Shown here one piece after another: positions 26,306-37,029 of a DNA stretch of 53,863 bases (positions are counted from its first letter, which is position 1; the number at the start of each line of letters is the position of its first letter). The stretch is from positions 1 to 53,863 of the forward strand of contig JBECUL010000010.1 of assembly GCA_040225955.1 (NCBI GenBank), given 5' to 3'. The DNA comes from Candidatus Asgardarchaeum abyssi (lineage in GTDB: Archaea > Asgardarchaeota > Asgardarchaeia > Asgardarchaeales > Asgardarchaeaceae). The notes beneath the pieces are model-generated. The model did no database searches, was not told where the DNA came from, and saw only the letters and a program-made list of their open reading frames with translations. The translations under genes were made by a program, and so were the position numbers.

Positions 26306-27400
26306 ATGCTTTATTTCATTGTACTAACACAAGTTTGTAATCTTAGATGTAAGTATTGCGGAAATACGCCAGACCCTACAATAGCTCCAGTGCGTTTAAA
26401 TTATAATTTAGACACACTAAAAGAGTTTATTAAGAAGGATAATGCACCACACATATGTTTTTATGGAGGAGAGCCTTTACTGGAAATACCTCTAATGGAA
26501 AAAATTATGGATGAAATTCATGCGGAACGATATATTTTACAAACAAACGGTCTTCTTTTATCAAAATTAAAAACAGAATATCTTTTGCGCTTTGACACAA
26601 TCCTTGTATCTATTGATGGTAGAAAAGAAGTAACTGACTACTATAGAGGGAAAGGTGTATATGAAAAAATTATCAAAAACGTCCGAGACATAAGAAGGCG
26701 TGGCTTTAAGGGAGATTTAATAGCTAGGATGGCCATTTCTGGGAACTCTGATGTTTATCTTGATGTAAAACACCTAGTTGAACTAGAGGATCCTCATTTT
26801 GATCATGTTCACTGGCAATTAGATGTACTTTGGGATTATCCACCTAAACAAAGGTATGATGACTTTGAAAGATGGGTGAACGAATCGTATAACCCTGGCA
26901 TAAAAAAACTAATAAAATACTGGTATGAAAATATGGCAAGAAAAGGAATAGTTCTAGGAATAGTTCCATTTTTAGGAATTATGAAAAGTCTATTGTACAA
27001 TGAAAGAACAGAGTTACGTTGTGGTGCGGGAATTAATGCCTTTACCATCACAACAGCTGGTGAAATAATAGTATGCCCAGTAGCTCCAGAATTTAATTTT
27101 GCGAAAATAGGTGATATATTTTCTTCTGATCCTAAAGAGTTGCCATATAAAGTAACTATTGGAGAGCCATGTATTTCTTGTGAATATTATCACTTATGCG
27201 GTGGCAGATGTCTCTTTGCTAATAAAACAAAACTCTGGGGAGAAAAGGGATTCAGAGAAGTTTGTAATACAATTAAATATCTCATAGATAATTTAATATG
27301 CATAAAACCGAAAGTTGAAAAACTGATAGAGAAAGGAATCATTAATAAAGAGGAATTTTATTATCCACCATATAATAACTCAACTGAAGTAATTCCATAG
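26306..27400 (+). CDS. radical SAM/SPASM protein (TIGR04084/AF0577-like)
   Basis: CNLRCKYC, FYGGEPLL, SIDG, CGAG...CP...CISC..Y.LCGGRC, PPYNNSTEVIP C-terminus. Confidence 0.9.
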   Translation: MLYFIVLTQVCNLRCKYCGNTPDPTIAPVRLNYNLDTLKEFIKKDNAPHICFYGGEPLLEIPLMEKIMDEIHAERYILQTNGLLLSKLKTEYLLRFDTILVSIDGRKEVTDYYRGKGVYEKIIKNVRDIRRRGFKGDLIARMAISGNSDVYLDVKHLVELEDPHFDHVHWQLDVLWDYPPKQRYDDFERWVNESYNPGIKKLIKYWYENMARKGIVLGIVPFLGIMKSLLYNERTELRCGAGINAFTITTAGEIIVCPVAPEFNFAKIGDIFSSDPKELPYKVTIGEPCISCEYYHLCGGRCLFANKTKLWGEKGFREVCNTIKYLIDNLICIKPKVEKLIEKGIINKEEFYYPPYNNSTEVIP

Positions 27401-27464
27401 AAAATCTAAGTTAAAGAGCAATTTACTGAGTTGGCTATATGAAAATAAGTAAGGAGGAAATAAA

Positions 27465-28232
27465 ATGTACTTTGAAAAACCACAATATGTTGTAGTTGTT
27501 TTAGGGCCTGCAGGCTCTGGTAAAAGTACATTGGTCGCATCATTTTATGAGTGGCTACATGAAAATAATGTTAGCGCAAAATGCGCAAATTTGGATCCGG
27601 GAGCAGAATATCTTCCGTACGATCCTGTTTGGGATATTAGAAAGTATTTTACAATATCACAAATAATGAAAACTAAGAAACTTGGACCAAACGGCGCAGT
27701 TATAGAAGCGATGAACATATTGTTGCAAAATGCAGATAAATACATTAAAGAACTTTCAGAAATAAAAACCGAATATCTATTGTTGGATACACCAGGACAG
27801 CTTGAAGTTTTCGCTTTTCGTGATGTTGGAGTGACTTTTCTTGACTTATTACAAAAAAGAATGGTAGCTCATGGACTTTTTCTTATAGATGGAGAGATGT
27901 TTAATGATATAATAAGCCTTATCGTCGCAAAAGTTCTTTCTCTAGCTGTTGAATTAAGGTTATCTATACCAATTATCAGTATTATAAATAAAGGCGATTT
28001 GATCGATCAAAAGGTAGTAAAATTGCTGGATGATCCTAAAAAGGTTAAAGAAATAATTATTAAAAGCAATAAGGGAGAGTTAATTGAAGTAGCGTTACAC
28101 TCTTACGATCTGCTTCTTAAACTAAAAGCAGCATTGAGACCTATAATTGTCTCATCTACAAAAAAGGAGGGATTCGAGGAACTATATGATGTACTTCATG
28201 AAATTTTTTGTACATGTGGAGATTTGACATAA
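27465..28232 (+). CDS. GPN-loop GTPase
   Basis: [32 protein letters not shown]-terminal CTCGDLT. Confidence 0.93.
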   Translation: MYFEKPQYVVVVLGPAGSGKSTLVASFYEWLHENNVSAKCANLDPGAEYLPYDPVWDIRKYFTISQIMKTKKLGPNGAVIEAMNILLQNADKYIKELSEIKTEYLLLDTPGQLEVFAFRDVGVTFLDLLQKRMVAHGLFLIDGEMFNDIISLIVAKVLSLAVELRLSIPIISIINKGDLIDQKVVKLLDDPKKVKEIIIKSNKGELIEVALHSYDLLLKLKAALRPIIVSSTKKEGFEELYDVLHEIFCTCGDLT

Positions 28233-28300
28233 CTTTAATAAGATTTTTAAACAAATATGGAATTTTTAATTTTGAGATAACTGCCTTAATGGTGAAAAAA

Positions 28301-28834
28301 ATGACTATTGTTATGGATATTATTAACGATTTAATAAATATCAGAAAATATAAGAAAATATCCGAAGAGAAGAAGGAGTGGGGGATCGAGGTTCTGGCAC
28401 AAAATCAGAAAGGCGAAGACGTACTTATTTGGGGATTAGAAAAAATAAAAATAGTAGGCATAAAATGGGTTAGAGTTATGGCCGCGGAAATGAAAAAACG
28501 AAACATCCCACTTGGAATAATTGTTGGCGGTAGCAGATCTACGAAAGCTGCTCTCAAAGCAGCAGAGGAGAGCAATATAGATGTTATAACAAGAGAATTA
28601 CAATTATCACCTATTTTGAAACATAAACTAGTTCCAGAGCATCAAATAATGAGCGAAGAAGAAGTAGAAGAACTTTTAAAGAAAATGGGTATTAAGAAAT
28701 TCCAACTCCCGTGGATAAAATCAACCGACCCTGTAGCGAAAGCAATTGGCGCAAAACCAGGTGATGTTATCAGGATTATTAGAGAGAGTCCAATAGCTGG
28801 GAAAACATACTATTACAGATATGTCGTATCGTAA
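28301..28834 (+). CDS. rpo5: RNA polymerase subunit Rpo5/RpoH with RPB5-like N-terminal domain
   Basis: C-terminal HKLVPEH...[29 protein letters not shown]...YYRYV. Extra ~100-aa N-domain containing VGIK. ATG at 28301 after GGTGA. Confidence 0.92.
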   Translation: MTIVMDIINDLINIRKYKKISEEKKEWGIEVLAQNQKGEDVLIWGLEKIKIVGIKWVRVMAAEMKKRNIPLGIIVGGSRSTKAALKAAEESNIDVITRELQLSPILKHKLVPEHQIMSEEEVEELLKKMGIKKFQLPWIKSTDPVAKAIGAKPGDVIRIIRESPIAGKTYYYRYVVS

Positions 28835-28881
28835 TGGAAAAATTAAAATATCATTTTTATTTTAACACTTTTGATGCTAAT

Positions 28882-28955
28882 GGGCGGGTGGTCTAGCCTG
28901 GTATGATGCCGCCCTTACGAGGCGGAGGTCCCCGGTTCAAGTCCGGGCCCGCCCA
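28882..28955 (+). tRNA. tRNA-Val(TAC)
   Basis: GGGCGGG...CCGCC-CTTACGA-GGCGG...CCCGG-TTCAAGT-CCGGG-CCCGCCCA cloverleaf. Confidence 0.96.
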
Positions 28956-29021
28956 TTCTAAATTAATATAAATTTGGCATTAGCTATTTGGGTTGAATGG
29001 CGATTTTTTGGGGGTTTTTTC

Positions 29022-30752
29022 TTGATTGATGACATGGTAATAAGGGCTATTCGAAAACACGCTCTTTTAAACGCTATAAGACATAATGGAAAAGCTTCTA
29101 CTAAAGCGGTGATGAGTAAAGTTATTGGTGAGTTCCCTGATTTAAGAGGGATAATAAAAGATCTAATAAGTGTTGTAGAAAAAGTAGTGGAGGATATAAA
29201 TAAGTTAACTATAGATCAGCAAGAAAGAATTCTAAGTGAAGAATTTCCAGAAGTTCTAAAGGAAAAACCAAAGGAAGAAGTAAAAAGACTGCCTCCTCTT
29301 CCAAATGTTAATAAATTTAAAAAAGTTGTTATGAGATTAGCGCCCTATCCTAGTGGCCCTCTTCATATAGGTAATGCAAGAATGGCTGTATTAAATGATG
29401 AGTATGTAAAAATGTATAATGGTAAGTTAATTCTTGCATACGATGACACTATAGGAAGTGAGGAAAAAACAATTTTACCTGAGGCATATGATCTTATAAA
29501 AGAAGGTCTTGAATGGCTTGGTGTGAAATGGCACGAGACTATATATAAAAGTGATAGGATACATCTTTTTTACAAATATGCCAAGAAACTAATTGAAATG
29601 GGCCACGCTTATGTCTGCGTGTGTGATCCAGAAACATTTCGAGAAGAATATAAAGTCAAAAGAAGGGCTTGCCCTGACAGAAATTTACCTATAGAAACTC
29701 ACTTGGAACGATGGGAAAAAATGCTTGAGGGATATTACAAAGAGAGGGAGGCTGTTGTTCGACTTAAAACAGGAATGGATCTGGAAAACCCTGCTTTCAG
29801 AGATGTACCAATATTAAGAATTAGTTATAGAGAGCATCCAAGAGTTGGGCAAAAATATATAGTTTGGCCTCTTCTTGAATTTAATTGGGCAATCGATGAT
29901 CATTTACTTGGAATTACACATATTCTTCGGGGAAAGGACTTAATCAAAGAGGATTTTGTTGAAGAATTTGTTTGGAATTTATTTGGATGGGAAAAGGCCG
30001 AATTTATTCATTATGGCATAGTTAAGTTTAAAGGTATATCATTAAGCAAATCTAAGGCGAGAAGATTAATAGAGCAAGGAGTCTATAGAGGATGGGAAGA
30101 TCCTAGAACATGGAGCCTTCAATCTCTAAAAGCAAGAGGTATAAGACCAGAAGCAGTCAGACAAGCGCTTATAGATCTTGGTCTAAGTCTTACAGATATA
30201 GAGTATTCCCCGGAGATTCTTTATGCGTATAATAGAAAAATAATAGATAAGGAGGCAAAAAGGTTATTCTTCATAGCTGATCCTATAAAATTGAAAATAG
30301 AAAATATACCCGAGGATGAAAAAATTGCAAAACTTCCTTGGCACCCAGATTTTCCTGAACGAGGTTATAGAGAAATTCGTCTAAAGATAGTAGATAGCAC
30401 CACAGAAATAATAATAAGCAGGAATGATTTCGAGAGCGTCAAAAACGGGGAAATTATCCGGCTCAAAGAACTATTTAATATAAAAATAGAAAATAAAGAA
30501 TCATTTACAGCATCATTTCACAGTAAAGATTTAGATATTGCGAGAAAGTATAAGGCAAAAATAATTCACTGGCTAACTGATGAAATGAGTAAGAAAATGA
30601 AATTAATAATGCCAGATGGAAATGAGATTGAAGGATTTGTTGAAAATAACATAAATCAAATAGAACCTGGTTCAATTGTGCAATTTGAAAGATTTGGATT
30701 CGCTAAGATACATTCAATAGAGCCAGCATTTGGATATTTTACGCATAATTAA
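29022..30752 (+). CDS. gltX: glutamyl-tRNA synthetase (archaeal type)
   Basis: RLAPYPSGPLHIGN, DDH..GITHILRGKD, LSKS, QFERFGF. Start is TTG 29022 or ATG 29034. Confidence 0.96.
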   Translation: MIDDMVIRAIRKHALLNAIRHNGKASTKAVMSKVIGEFPDLRGIIKDLISVVEKVVEDINKLTIDQQERILSEEFPEVLKEKPKEEVKRLPPLPNVNKFKKVVMRLAPYPSGPLHIGNARMAVLNDEYVKMYNGKLILAYDDTIGSEEKTILPEAYDLIKEGLEWLGVKWHETIYKSDRIHLFYKYAKKLIEMGHAYVCVCDPETFREEYKVKRRACPDRNLPIETHLERWEKMLEGYYKEREAVVRLKTGMDLENPAFRDVPILRISYREHPRVGQKYIVWPLLEFNWAIDDHLLGITHILRGKDLIKEDFVEEFVWNLFGWEKAEFIHYGIVKFKGISLSKSKARRLIEQGVYRGWEDPRTWSLQSLKARGIRPEAVRQALIDLGLSLTDIEYSPEILYAYNRKIIDKEAKRLFFIADPIKLKIENIPEDEKIAKLPWHPDFPERGYREIRLKIVDSTTEIIISRNDFESVKNGEIIRLKELFNIKIENKESFTASFHSKDLDIARKYKAKIIHWLTDEMSKKMKLIMPDGNEIEGFVENNINQIEPGSIVQFERFGFAKIHSIEPAFGYFTHN

Positions 30753-30844
30753 AAAATAATTAAATAATTAATTTTTATTTGCAATATTTTTATTTATCAG
30801 GCTTTTATAAAGTTGGATCATATGAGATTTTTGGTGGAGATAGA

Positions 30845-32095
30845 ATGAAAGCAGTTATTCTGGCCGGTGGAGAAGGGACTCGCCTTTATCCAATAACTGA
30901 AAAAATGCCAAAGCCCATGATACCATTAATGGGAAAACCTATATTGGAACATCTATTAATCCAAGCAAAGAACGTCGGAATTACCGATTTCTGTATAGTT
31001 ATAGGAAACACACATAATAGCATCGCGGAATATTTTGATGATGGGAAAAATTGGGAAGTTAATATAAAATATGTACAACAAGCAGAGCCAAAAGGAGTCG
31101 TAGATGCTATCACGAAAGCAGAAGACTTTATTAAAGATGAGGACTATTTTCTTGTTTTTTACTCGGATGTTATCTTATGCAGCGAGTTTATACAAAGAGT
31201 ACTTAATACGCATAATGAGCTTAGATGCTCGGCTATTGTTGGTGTTACAATAGTAAACAATCCAGAGTATTATGGTGTTGCAGAGTTGGATTCAGACTCA
31301 AGAATATTACAAATCGTTGAAAAACCTAAAGAAAAACCAATCAGTAATTATGCGTTGGCAGGTATTTATCTTTTTAGCAAAGAAGCTTATGAAATAATTA
31401 AGAATGAACCACAGCTAGACGCAGCTTTAAAGAAGATTATTGAAAAAAATGGAGATGTGTATGGAGTGATTTGGGAAAAGGACTGGGTTGAAATTACATG
31501 GCCTTGGGACTTACTATCTGCTAATAAGTTACTCTTGAAGCAAGCCAGTAAGGAGTGTAGGGGGACATATATTTCAGGTACAGCAAATGTATCAGAGAGA
31601 GCAAATATTGAAAACTTTGTTGTTATAGACGATAGTGCTATAATAAGAGCAGGAGCGCAAATAACAGGACCAGTATATATTGGTAGAAATTCATATATTG
31701 GTAACAATTCACTAATAAGAGATTATACATCAATCAGTGAAAACGTTACAGTTGGGTTTAGCGTTGAAATCAAGAATAGTATAGTTTTACCAAATGCATT
31801 TATTGGACAACTATCTTATATTGGAGATAGCTTAATTGGAACCTCTGTCAGAATAAGCTCTGGATTTCAAACATGGAATAAACCATTTGAAAAAGAAATT
31901 CTTTATGAGTGGCAAAATGTAAAGATAAGAATCCCAAGGAAAAAATTCGGAGCTGTTATAGGATCCAACACACAAATAGGAATGAATGTTGTTACATTTC
32001 CAGGAATAAGTATAGGATGTAATTGTAGAATATACCCAGGAGTTGTACTTAATAAAAATGTAAAATCAAATAAAGTAATTAAGAGAAAAAAATAA
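30845..32095 (+). CDS. bifunctional sugar-1-phosphate nucleotidyltransferase/acetyltransferase (archaeal GlmU-like)
   Basis: MKAVILAGGEGTRL.P.T..PKPMIP, IVEKP, hexapeptide-repeat C-terminus with SYIGDS and KFGAVIG. Confidence 0.88.
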   Translation: MKAVILAGGEGTRLYPITEKMPKPMIPLMGKPILEHLLIQAKNVGITDFCIVIGNTHNSIAEYFDDGKNWEVNIKYVQQAEPKGVVDAITKAEDFIKDEDYFLVFYSDVILCSEFIQRVLNTHNELRCSAIVGVTIVNNPEYYGVAELDSDSRILQIVEKPKEKPISNYALAGIYLFSKEAYEIIKNEPQLDAALKKIIEKNGDVYGVIWEKDWVEITWPWDLLSANKLLLKQASKECRGTYISGTANVSERANIENFVVIDDSAIIRAGAQITGPVYIGRNSYIGNNSLIRDYTSISENVTVGFSVEIKNSIVLPNAFIGQLSYIGDSLIGTSVRISSGFQTWNKPFEKEILYEWQNVKIRIPRKKFGAVIGSNTQIGMNVVTFPGISIGCNCRIYPGVVLNKNVKSNKVIKRKK

Positions 32096-32102
32096 TTTTC
32101 TG

Positions 32103-33365
32103 TTATTTTTCTCTCTTTTTTGTCAGATACGATGACACTTTTAGCTTTAATTTCTTTAATTTTCTTCGTTTGAGAAAAGAAATTATAGTTGCTATTATAG
32201 GAATTGTTGTTACAAAGGGTAATAGAATCATTATTGAGAACTCAGGCGCTAGTATATCCACACTTTCTAGTATCTGAGGAGATATTTGAACATATGAATA
32301 TACAATTTGAGGGTTTATAACAATGTACGACACTCCAGCAAAAATAAAGAAGTGAATTATAATACTTATAGCAGCAATTAAAATGATGTTTAAAAATGAT
32401 GGATAGGCAAATTCACCTTTTAATGAGCGAATTAAGTGCGGTGCTTTCTCAGCAATCTGAGTTAGGTAAGCATTTAATTTTCTTATTTCATGAATGGATA
32501 CTAGTTCTTCCTTTAGTCCTTTTCTTCTGAATATTCTTTTTTCAATTATTTCTCTAATGAAGTTAAATGCGGAAACGCTATATTTTGCACGTGTATAAAA
32601 TGATACCGGAAGTGTGCCTTTTACTAAGGTGTCCACCGCTGCTTGTTTTTTTATCTGTTCAATTTGTCGCTCAACAAACCTACTATGTAGAACAGCAGGG
32701 TCTAAGAGTCTTCTGATATAATCCAAATATAAATTATATAGTAAAAATCCAAAGTATAATATCAAATAAACGAAATTTCTTTGAGTTATAAATTTCAAAA
32801 AGTCATACTCATTCGCCAAGTTTAGTGATATATTGATTTCTCCAATAAAATGGCAAATTATCAGAGTTATCAGAGTTACTATTAATATTGAATATGCAGC
32901 GCGAGTTCCTTGTGTAATTAGGTAGGAGAGAAACGATAAAGCAGCTATAAAAGCTAATATTATAAGAATAGAAAAGATAAATGGTTTTAAAATTTCGTAA
33001 ATCATATTAAGAATTAAAAATGGCGACTCCGGCATAGAAATCTCTGGAAGTGTTAACTCACTTGGAATGCCCCAAAAAGACGATAAGAACTTTTGCGCCG
33101 ATTCTGTAACGATAGGTAATGTATAAGGAGGAAAGGCTAAAAGGCGATATAAAATTAGATTTATCGCATTAACAGTTGCATATATCATAAATGAAATACC
33201 GAAGAAACCGATTATTGACCATATTATTCTCGATGATTGATATATATAATCTAGATCCCATATATGTCTTGGAATCATTACAAAGTAGGTCTCATATAGC
33301 AATATAGCTGCAAATGCAATGCCTAAAACTCTTAAAATATAAATACCTATCCTCACTTTTATCAC
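32103..33365 (-). CDS. multi-pass membrane protein (last gene of MoxR operon)
   Basis: About 7 TM segments. Abuts the DUF58 gene. Confidence 0.7.
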   Translation of the reverse strand: MIKVRIGIYILRVLGIAFAAILLYETYFVMIPRHIWDLDYIYQSSRIIWSIIGFFGISFMIYATVNAINLILYRLLAFPPYTLPIVTESAQKFLSSFWGIPSELTLPEISMPESPFLILNMIYEILKPFIFSILIILAFIAALSFLSYLITQGTRAAYSILIVTLITLIICHFIGEINISLNLANEYDFLKFITQRNFVYLILYFGFLLYNLYLDYIRRLLDPAVLHSRFVERQIEQIKKQAAVDTLVKGTLPVSFYTRAKYSVSAFNFIREIIEKRIFRRKGLKEELVSIHEIRKLNAYLTQIAEKAPHLIRSLKGEFAYPSFLNIILIAAISIIIHFFIFAGVSYIVINPQIVYSYVQISPQILESVDILAPEFSIMILLPFVTTIPIIATIISFLKRRKLKKLKLKVSSYLTKKREK

Positions 33366-34688
33366 CTACGTCATTCCTAAACCGAGTTTCTTGGCTCGCA
33401 AATATTGAGTTATAACGGTTGGTAATATGTCATCAGGACCTACACTTATAACTGGAACTTCCATTTTTGCAAGAATCTTAGAGATCTCCATACGTTTTTC
33501 CCACAACTCATATGATACTGCTTCAACAACTGCCTTATCCGCAGGTGATAAATCATATGGAGGCACTTCAAACCAGGGACCAAAAGGAGCAATTACAAGA
33601 ACATGATGTCCGTTTGCCCTTAAAATTTCAATTCCTTTTTTAATGATTTCCTTATCGCCCTCTAAATCGGATAGTATTACTATAAAAGATACTCTTTGAA
33701 GTTTAGAAATTGTATACCTAGCCACCCTAATAAAATCGGATCCTCCGCTAGCCTCTATAGGAGCTAAAGCATCTAGAACTTCATATATGAAATCTCGTCT
33801 TGATGAGGGAGCTAGATAAGTGTTAACCTTATCTGAAAAGATAAGCAGCCCAACCAAATCATTTCTTTCAAGGGCTAGACTTGTCAGAACAACGGCTGCA
33901 CGAATACTATATTCTAACTTAGTTTCACCAGTAGCCCCAGCACCCATACTGCCACTATTATCTAACATTATTAGTATTCGAATATTCTTTTCAATTTCAT
34001 ATTCCTTGGTATGCAGTCTCCCAGTTCTTGCAAATGATTTCCAGTCAATAAATCGTAATTCATCAGACGGATTATATAACCTAATAGCAAAGAATTCTGT
34101 CCCCATACCACGTTGCTTTGTCTTATGGACCCCATAAAGTATTCCTAGTTGTCTTTTATGGGATAATGCTTTTAACTTGCGAACATCTTCATATTGTGGA
34201 TAAACTAGTATATAATCATACTTATGAACTATTCTCTCCTCAAAGTTCATACCTTTTTTATCGTACACGATTATCTTCATAGGTCCGAGCTGATATTTAC
34301 CGCGTAATGGACATTGGACAATATAAGAAAATGATATTTCTTCGTGACCTCTTAATCTTGTTTTTATACTATTACTTCCTACAGCTAGTTTAAAAATTTC
34401 TGGATACCCATCAAATATTTCAATATAATCAAATGAATGAATGCTCTTGTTTCTCACCCTCACAGTTACTAATAGAAAGTCTCCGGCAAAAATGCTTTTT
34501 TTATCGATTTCACGGGTTACTTCGATCTGAGTAGGATCCGCAACGTATGCAATTTGAGGCATACTGATTATTGATGACATTATAAAGAATATGCCAAGGA
34601 CCACAAAGAATAAATTAGCTAAGCTATAACCACTAGCCAATATGAATATTCCAATCATTAAAGTAAGAACTGCACGTGATGTGAGCAT
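33366..34688 (-). CDS. DUF58 / vWA-domain protein
   Basis: GTEFFAIRLY...DELRFIDWKSFAR, LDNSGSM MIDAS, N-terminal TMs. Confidence 0.92.
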   Translation of the reverse strand: MLTSRAVLTLMIGIFILASGYSLANLFFVVLGIFFIMSSIISMPQIAYVADPTQIEVTREIDKKSIFAGDFLLVTVRVRNKSIHSFDYIEIFDGYPEIFKLAVGSNSIKTRLRGHEEISFSYIVQCPLRGKYQLGPMKIIVYDKKGMNFEERIVHKYDYILVYPQYEDVRKLKALSHKRQLGILYGVHKTKQRGMGTEFFAIRLYNPSDELRFIDWKSFARTGRLHTKEYEIEKNIRILIMLDNSGSMGAGATGETKLEYSIRAAVVLTSLALERNDLVGLLIFSDKVNTYLAPSSRRDFIYEVLDALAPIEASGGSDFIRVARYTISKLQRVSFIVILSDLEGDKEIIKKGIEILRANGHHVLVIAPFGPWFEVPPYDLSPADKAVVEAVSYELWEKRMEISKILAKMEVPVISVGPDDILPTVITQYLRAKKLGLGMT

Positions 34689-34694
34689 TCACCA

Positions 34695-35666
34695 TCAGCT
34701 CGGTGCTGGAACCTCTTCTATTATTTTCTTAATTATTTCTTCTACTGTAACACCCTCCAATTCGGCCTCTGGTTTTATTATTAAACGGTGATTCAAAGTT
34801 GGATATAATATCTGCTTTACATCGTCAGGAATTACATAATCACGGCCATTCATTGCAGCTATAGCCTTTGCGCCATTAAGTAATACAATAGAAGCTCTTG
34901 GGCTTGCTCCAAGTAGAATATTAGGATCCGTTCTTGTTTTATTAACAATCTCAGCTATGTATTGCATTATTTCTTCGGAGGTATAAACATTTCTTACAAT
35001 TTTCTGCACATGAATAATTTCCTCAGGAGAAGAAATTGTTTCCACTTCGATATCCACTGGGTTGCTTTTCCTTCTTATAACCTCAATTTCTTCTTCTAAC
35101 GTTGGATAATTTACATCCAGCTTAAAGTAAAATCTGTCCACTTGTGCTTCTGGAAGAGGATACGTGCCCTCAAATTCAATAGGATTCTGTGTTGCGACGA
35201 CCAAGAAGGGTTCAGGTAATTTAAAGGTTGCACCCTCAACAGTTACTTGTCTTTCCTGCATAGACTCAAGAAGAGCACTTTGAGTTTTTGGTGGTGCTCT
35301 ATTTATCTCATCAGCAAGAATAATATTAGCAAATATAGGCCCTTTTCTAAATTTAAATACACCTTCTTTTTGATCAAAAATATGTGTTCCGATAATATCG
35401 GATGGCAGTAAGTCTGGTGTAAACTGTATACGCTTAAACGTACAACCAAGAGTTCTCGCGAAGTTGTTAGCTATAAACGTTTTTGCAACCCCAGGGACAC
35501 CTTCAAGTAGGATATGTCCGTTACTGTACAAGCCTATTAGTAAATGTCGAATTATATCTACCTTCCCAACAACGACCTTTTTTAGTTCCTTTATCACTCT
35601 TTCACTAAGATCTTTTACACCATAAACATCGAGTTCTTCAACCTTACCTTCTCCCACGGGCTTCAC
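34695..35666 (-). CDS. moxR: MoxR-family AAA+ ATPase
   Basis: LLEGVPGVAKT, RIQFTPDLLPSD, LADEINRAPPKTQSALLE, ATQNPIE.EGTYPLPEAQ.DRF. Confidence 0.96.
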   Translation of the reverse strand: MKPVGEGKVEELDVYGVKDLSERVIKELKKVVVGKVDIIRHLLIGLYSNGHILLEGVPGVAKTFIANNFARTLGCTFKRIQFTPDLLPSDIIGTHIFDQKEGVFKFRKGPIFANIILADEINRAPPKTQSALLESMQERQVTVEGATFKLPEPFLVVATQNPIEFEGTYPLPEAQVDRFYFKLDVNYPTLEEEIEVIRRKSNPVDIEVETISSPEEIIHVQKIVRNVYTSEEIMQYIAEIVNKTRTDPNILLGASPRASIVLLNGAKAIAAMNGRDYVIPDDVKQILYPTLNHRLIIKPEAELEGVTVEEIIKKIIEEVPAPS

Positions 35667-37029
35667 CTCTAACTCCTTTCATTATTGATTCAAACACAAG
35701 AAAAACTTTTGTGAACTCATCCTTAGAGATTTGTTTTAATTTTCCAGCTTCCAAATCACGAATTATTTTTCTTAGATTTTTAGATTCAAAATCTGGGTTT
35801 ATTTGAACTAATTGATTATATATCTTATCAGCCGTAACAGGCGGTGGAATCTTGTATTTCTTAACAAGTTCACGTTTCCATTTCCTATACAGTATTTTAA
35901 GAACATGAACGTAGGCATCATATGATTTATAACGTCTAATCATTTCACTGAAGTATGATTCTCCACGCCGTCTAAATACCTTAGTTGGAGTTAATGGAGT
36001 TGCTTTTTTAGCTTTTGGTAACCATTTTTTAGCAAAGTATACTGAAAATACTGGAAAGAGGGGGGCTAGAATCCAGTTGCTACTAAGTAAGGTAACATAT
36101 GTCATTATCACGCTAAAGAACATTATATCACTAACTGGTAATCCTAGATGCCCCTCATCAAATATAATTAGCCTACTTCTATTATTATTAGCTAGCCAGT
36201 TAATAGTGTTAATAGCAAACTGTAGATTATCACCATAATTTAACATAAGGTTCGTAAATAAGCTTGGATCACTAACTAACATGAGTTTACCAGCATTAGG
36301 TATTAACATACTCAAATCTATTGCAGATATAACGGTAAAGGGACCCGGACTTTCTACTTCAGGGTCTGGAAATAGATCACCATCTATATCTACCCAGCTC
36401 ATATTACTACTAACTGCTAAGGGAGGGACTGTACCATTAATTATGGTTGCATAGTTCAACACAAGCTCACGGACTCCATCAAGTAATCCTTCAGTTCCTG
36501 GAAGTGGAATAAAGGTTTTTATTACGGGTAGTACAGGTCTTTGCTTATAATTATAAAGAACATCTACCAAAATCCCCGGACCAAATGAAATATTTATACC
36601 AACCATTGCAAAGTACGATAATAATGTATTTGCACTTCCCTCATCATCGGAGATTAATATGCTTCCTCCGTTTAATAGAAAATCTAATATTGCTAAGGCA
36701 TCGGGCAACTCATAAGCTCTTTTCGGTCCAAGAATTATTAATACCCCGGGAATATCAAGTTTATTAAGCGTACTCAGTGAAGAATACAGCGGTTTAACAG
36801 TATATCCCTCATCTTCGATATACTTTTTAAAATTAGAAGCTCCAAAATCCGAGGTATTATATATTGAAAAATCGGCATTAAAAGAAACTTGAAGACCTAG
36901 CACTGGTATAATAAACGGAGCCCAAGAAATAATAAATAGCGTAAAGAATACAACCTTGCGAATTATTTTTGATTCCTTTTTCCTTCTAATACGCTTTTCC
37001 TTTCGTTTTTTTCGGCTAGGCAAATACAA
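35644..37029 (-). CDS. DUF4350-type membrane protein (GATase-like extracellular domain)
   Basis: FSIYN...GAS.F, GGSILISDD.G.AN.LL, SDPSLFTN.M, IFDEGH. MoxR operon context. Confidence 0.78.
   Translation of the reverse strand: MYLPSRKKRKEKRIRRKKESKIIRKVVFFTLFIISWAPFIIPVLGLQVSFNADFSIYNTSDFGASNFKKYIEDEGYTVKPLYSSLSTLNKLDIPGVLIILGPKRAYELPDALAILDFLLNGGSILISDDEGSANTLLSYFAMVGINISFGPGILVDVLYNYKQRPVLPVIKTFIPLPGTEGLLDGVRELVLNYATIINGTVPPLAVSSNMSWVDIDGDLFPDPEVESPGPFTVISAIDLSMLIPNAGKLMLVSDPSLFTNLMLNYGDNLQFAINTINWLANNNRSRLIIFDEGHLGLPVSDIMFFSVIMTYVTLLSSNWILAPLFPVFSVYFAKKWLPKAKKATPLTPTKVFRRRGESYFSEMIRRYKSYDAYVHVLKILYRKWKRELVKKYKIPPPVTADKIYNQLVQINPDFESKNLRKIIRDLEAGKLKQISKDEFTKVFLVFESIMKGVRGEARGRR

Noticed and set aside
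25499-27400. Repeat protein as a multi-core substrate of the SPASM radical SAM enzyme
   Set aside because: There is a 183-bp gap with its own promoter-like elements and no protease or transporter nearby. The repeats look like a disordered linker expansion. Cannot be fully excluded.
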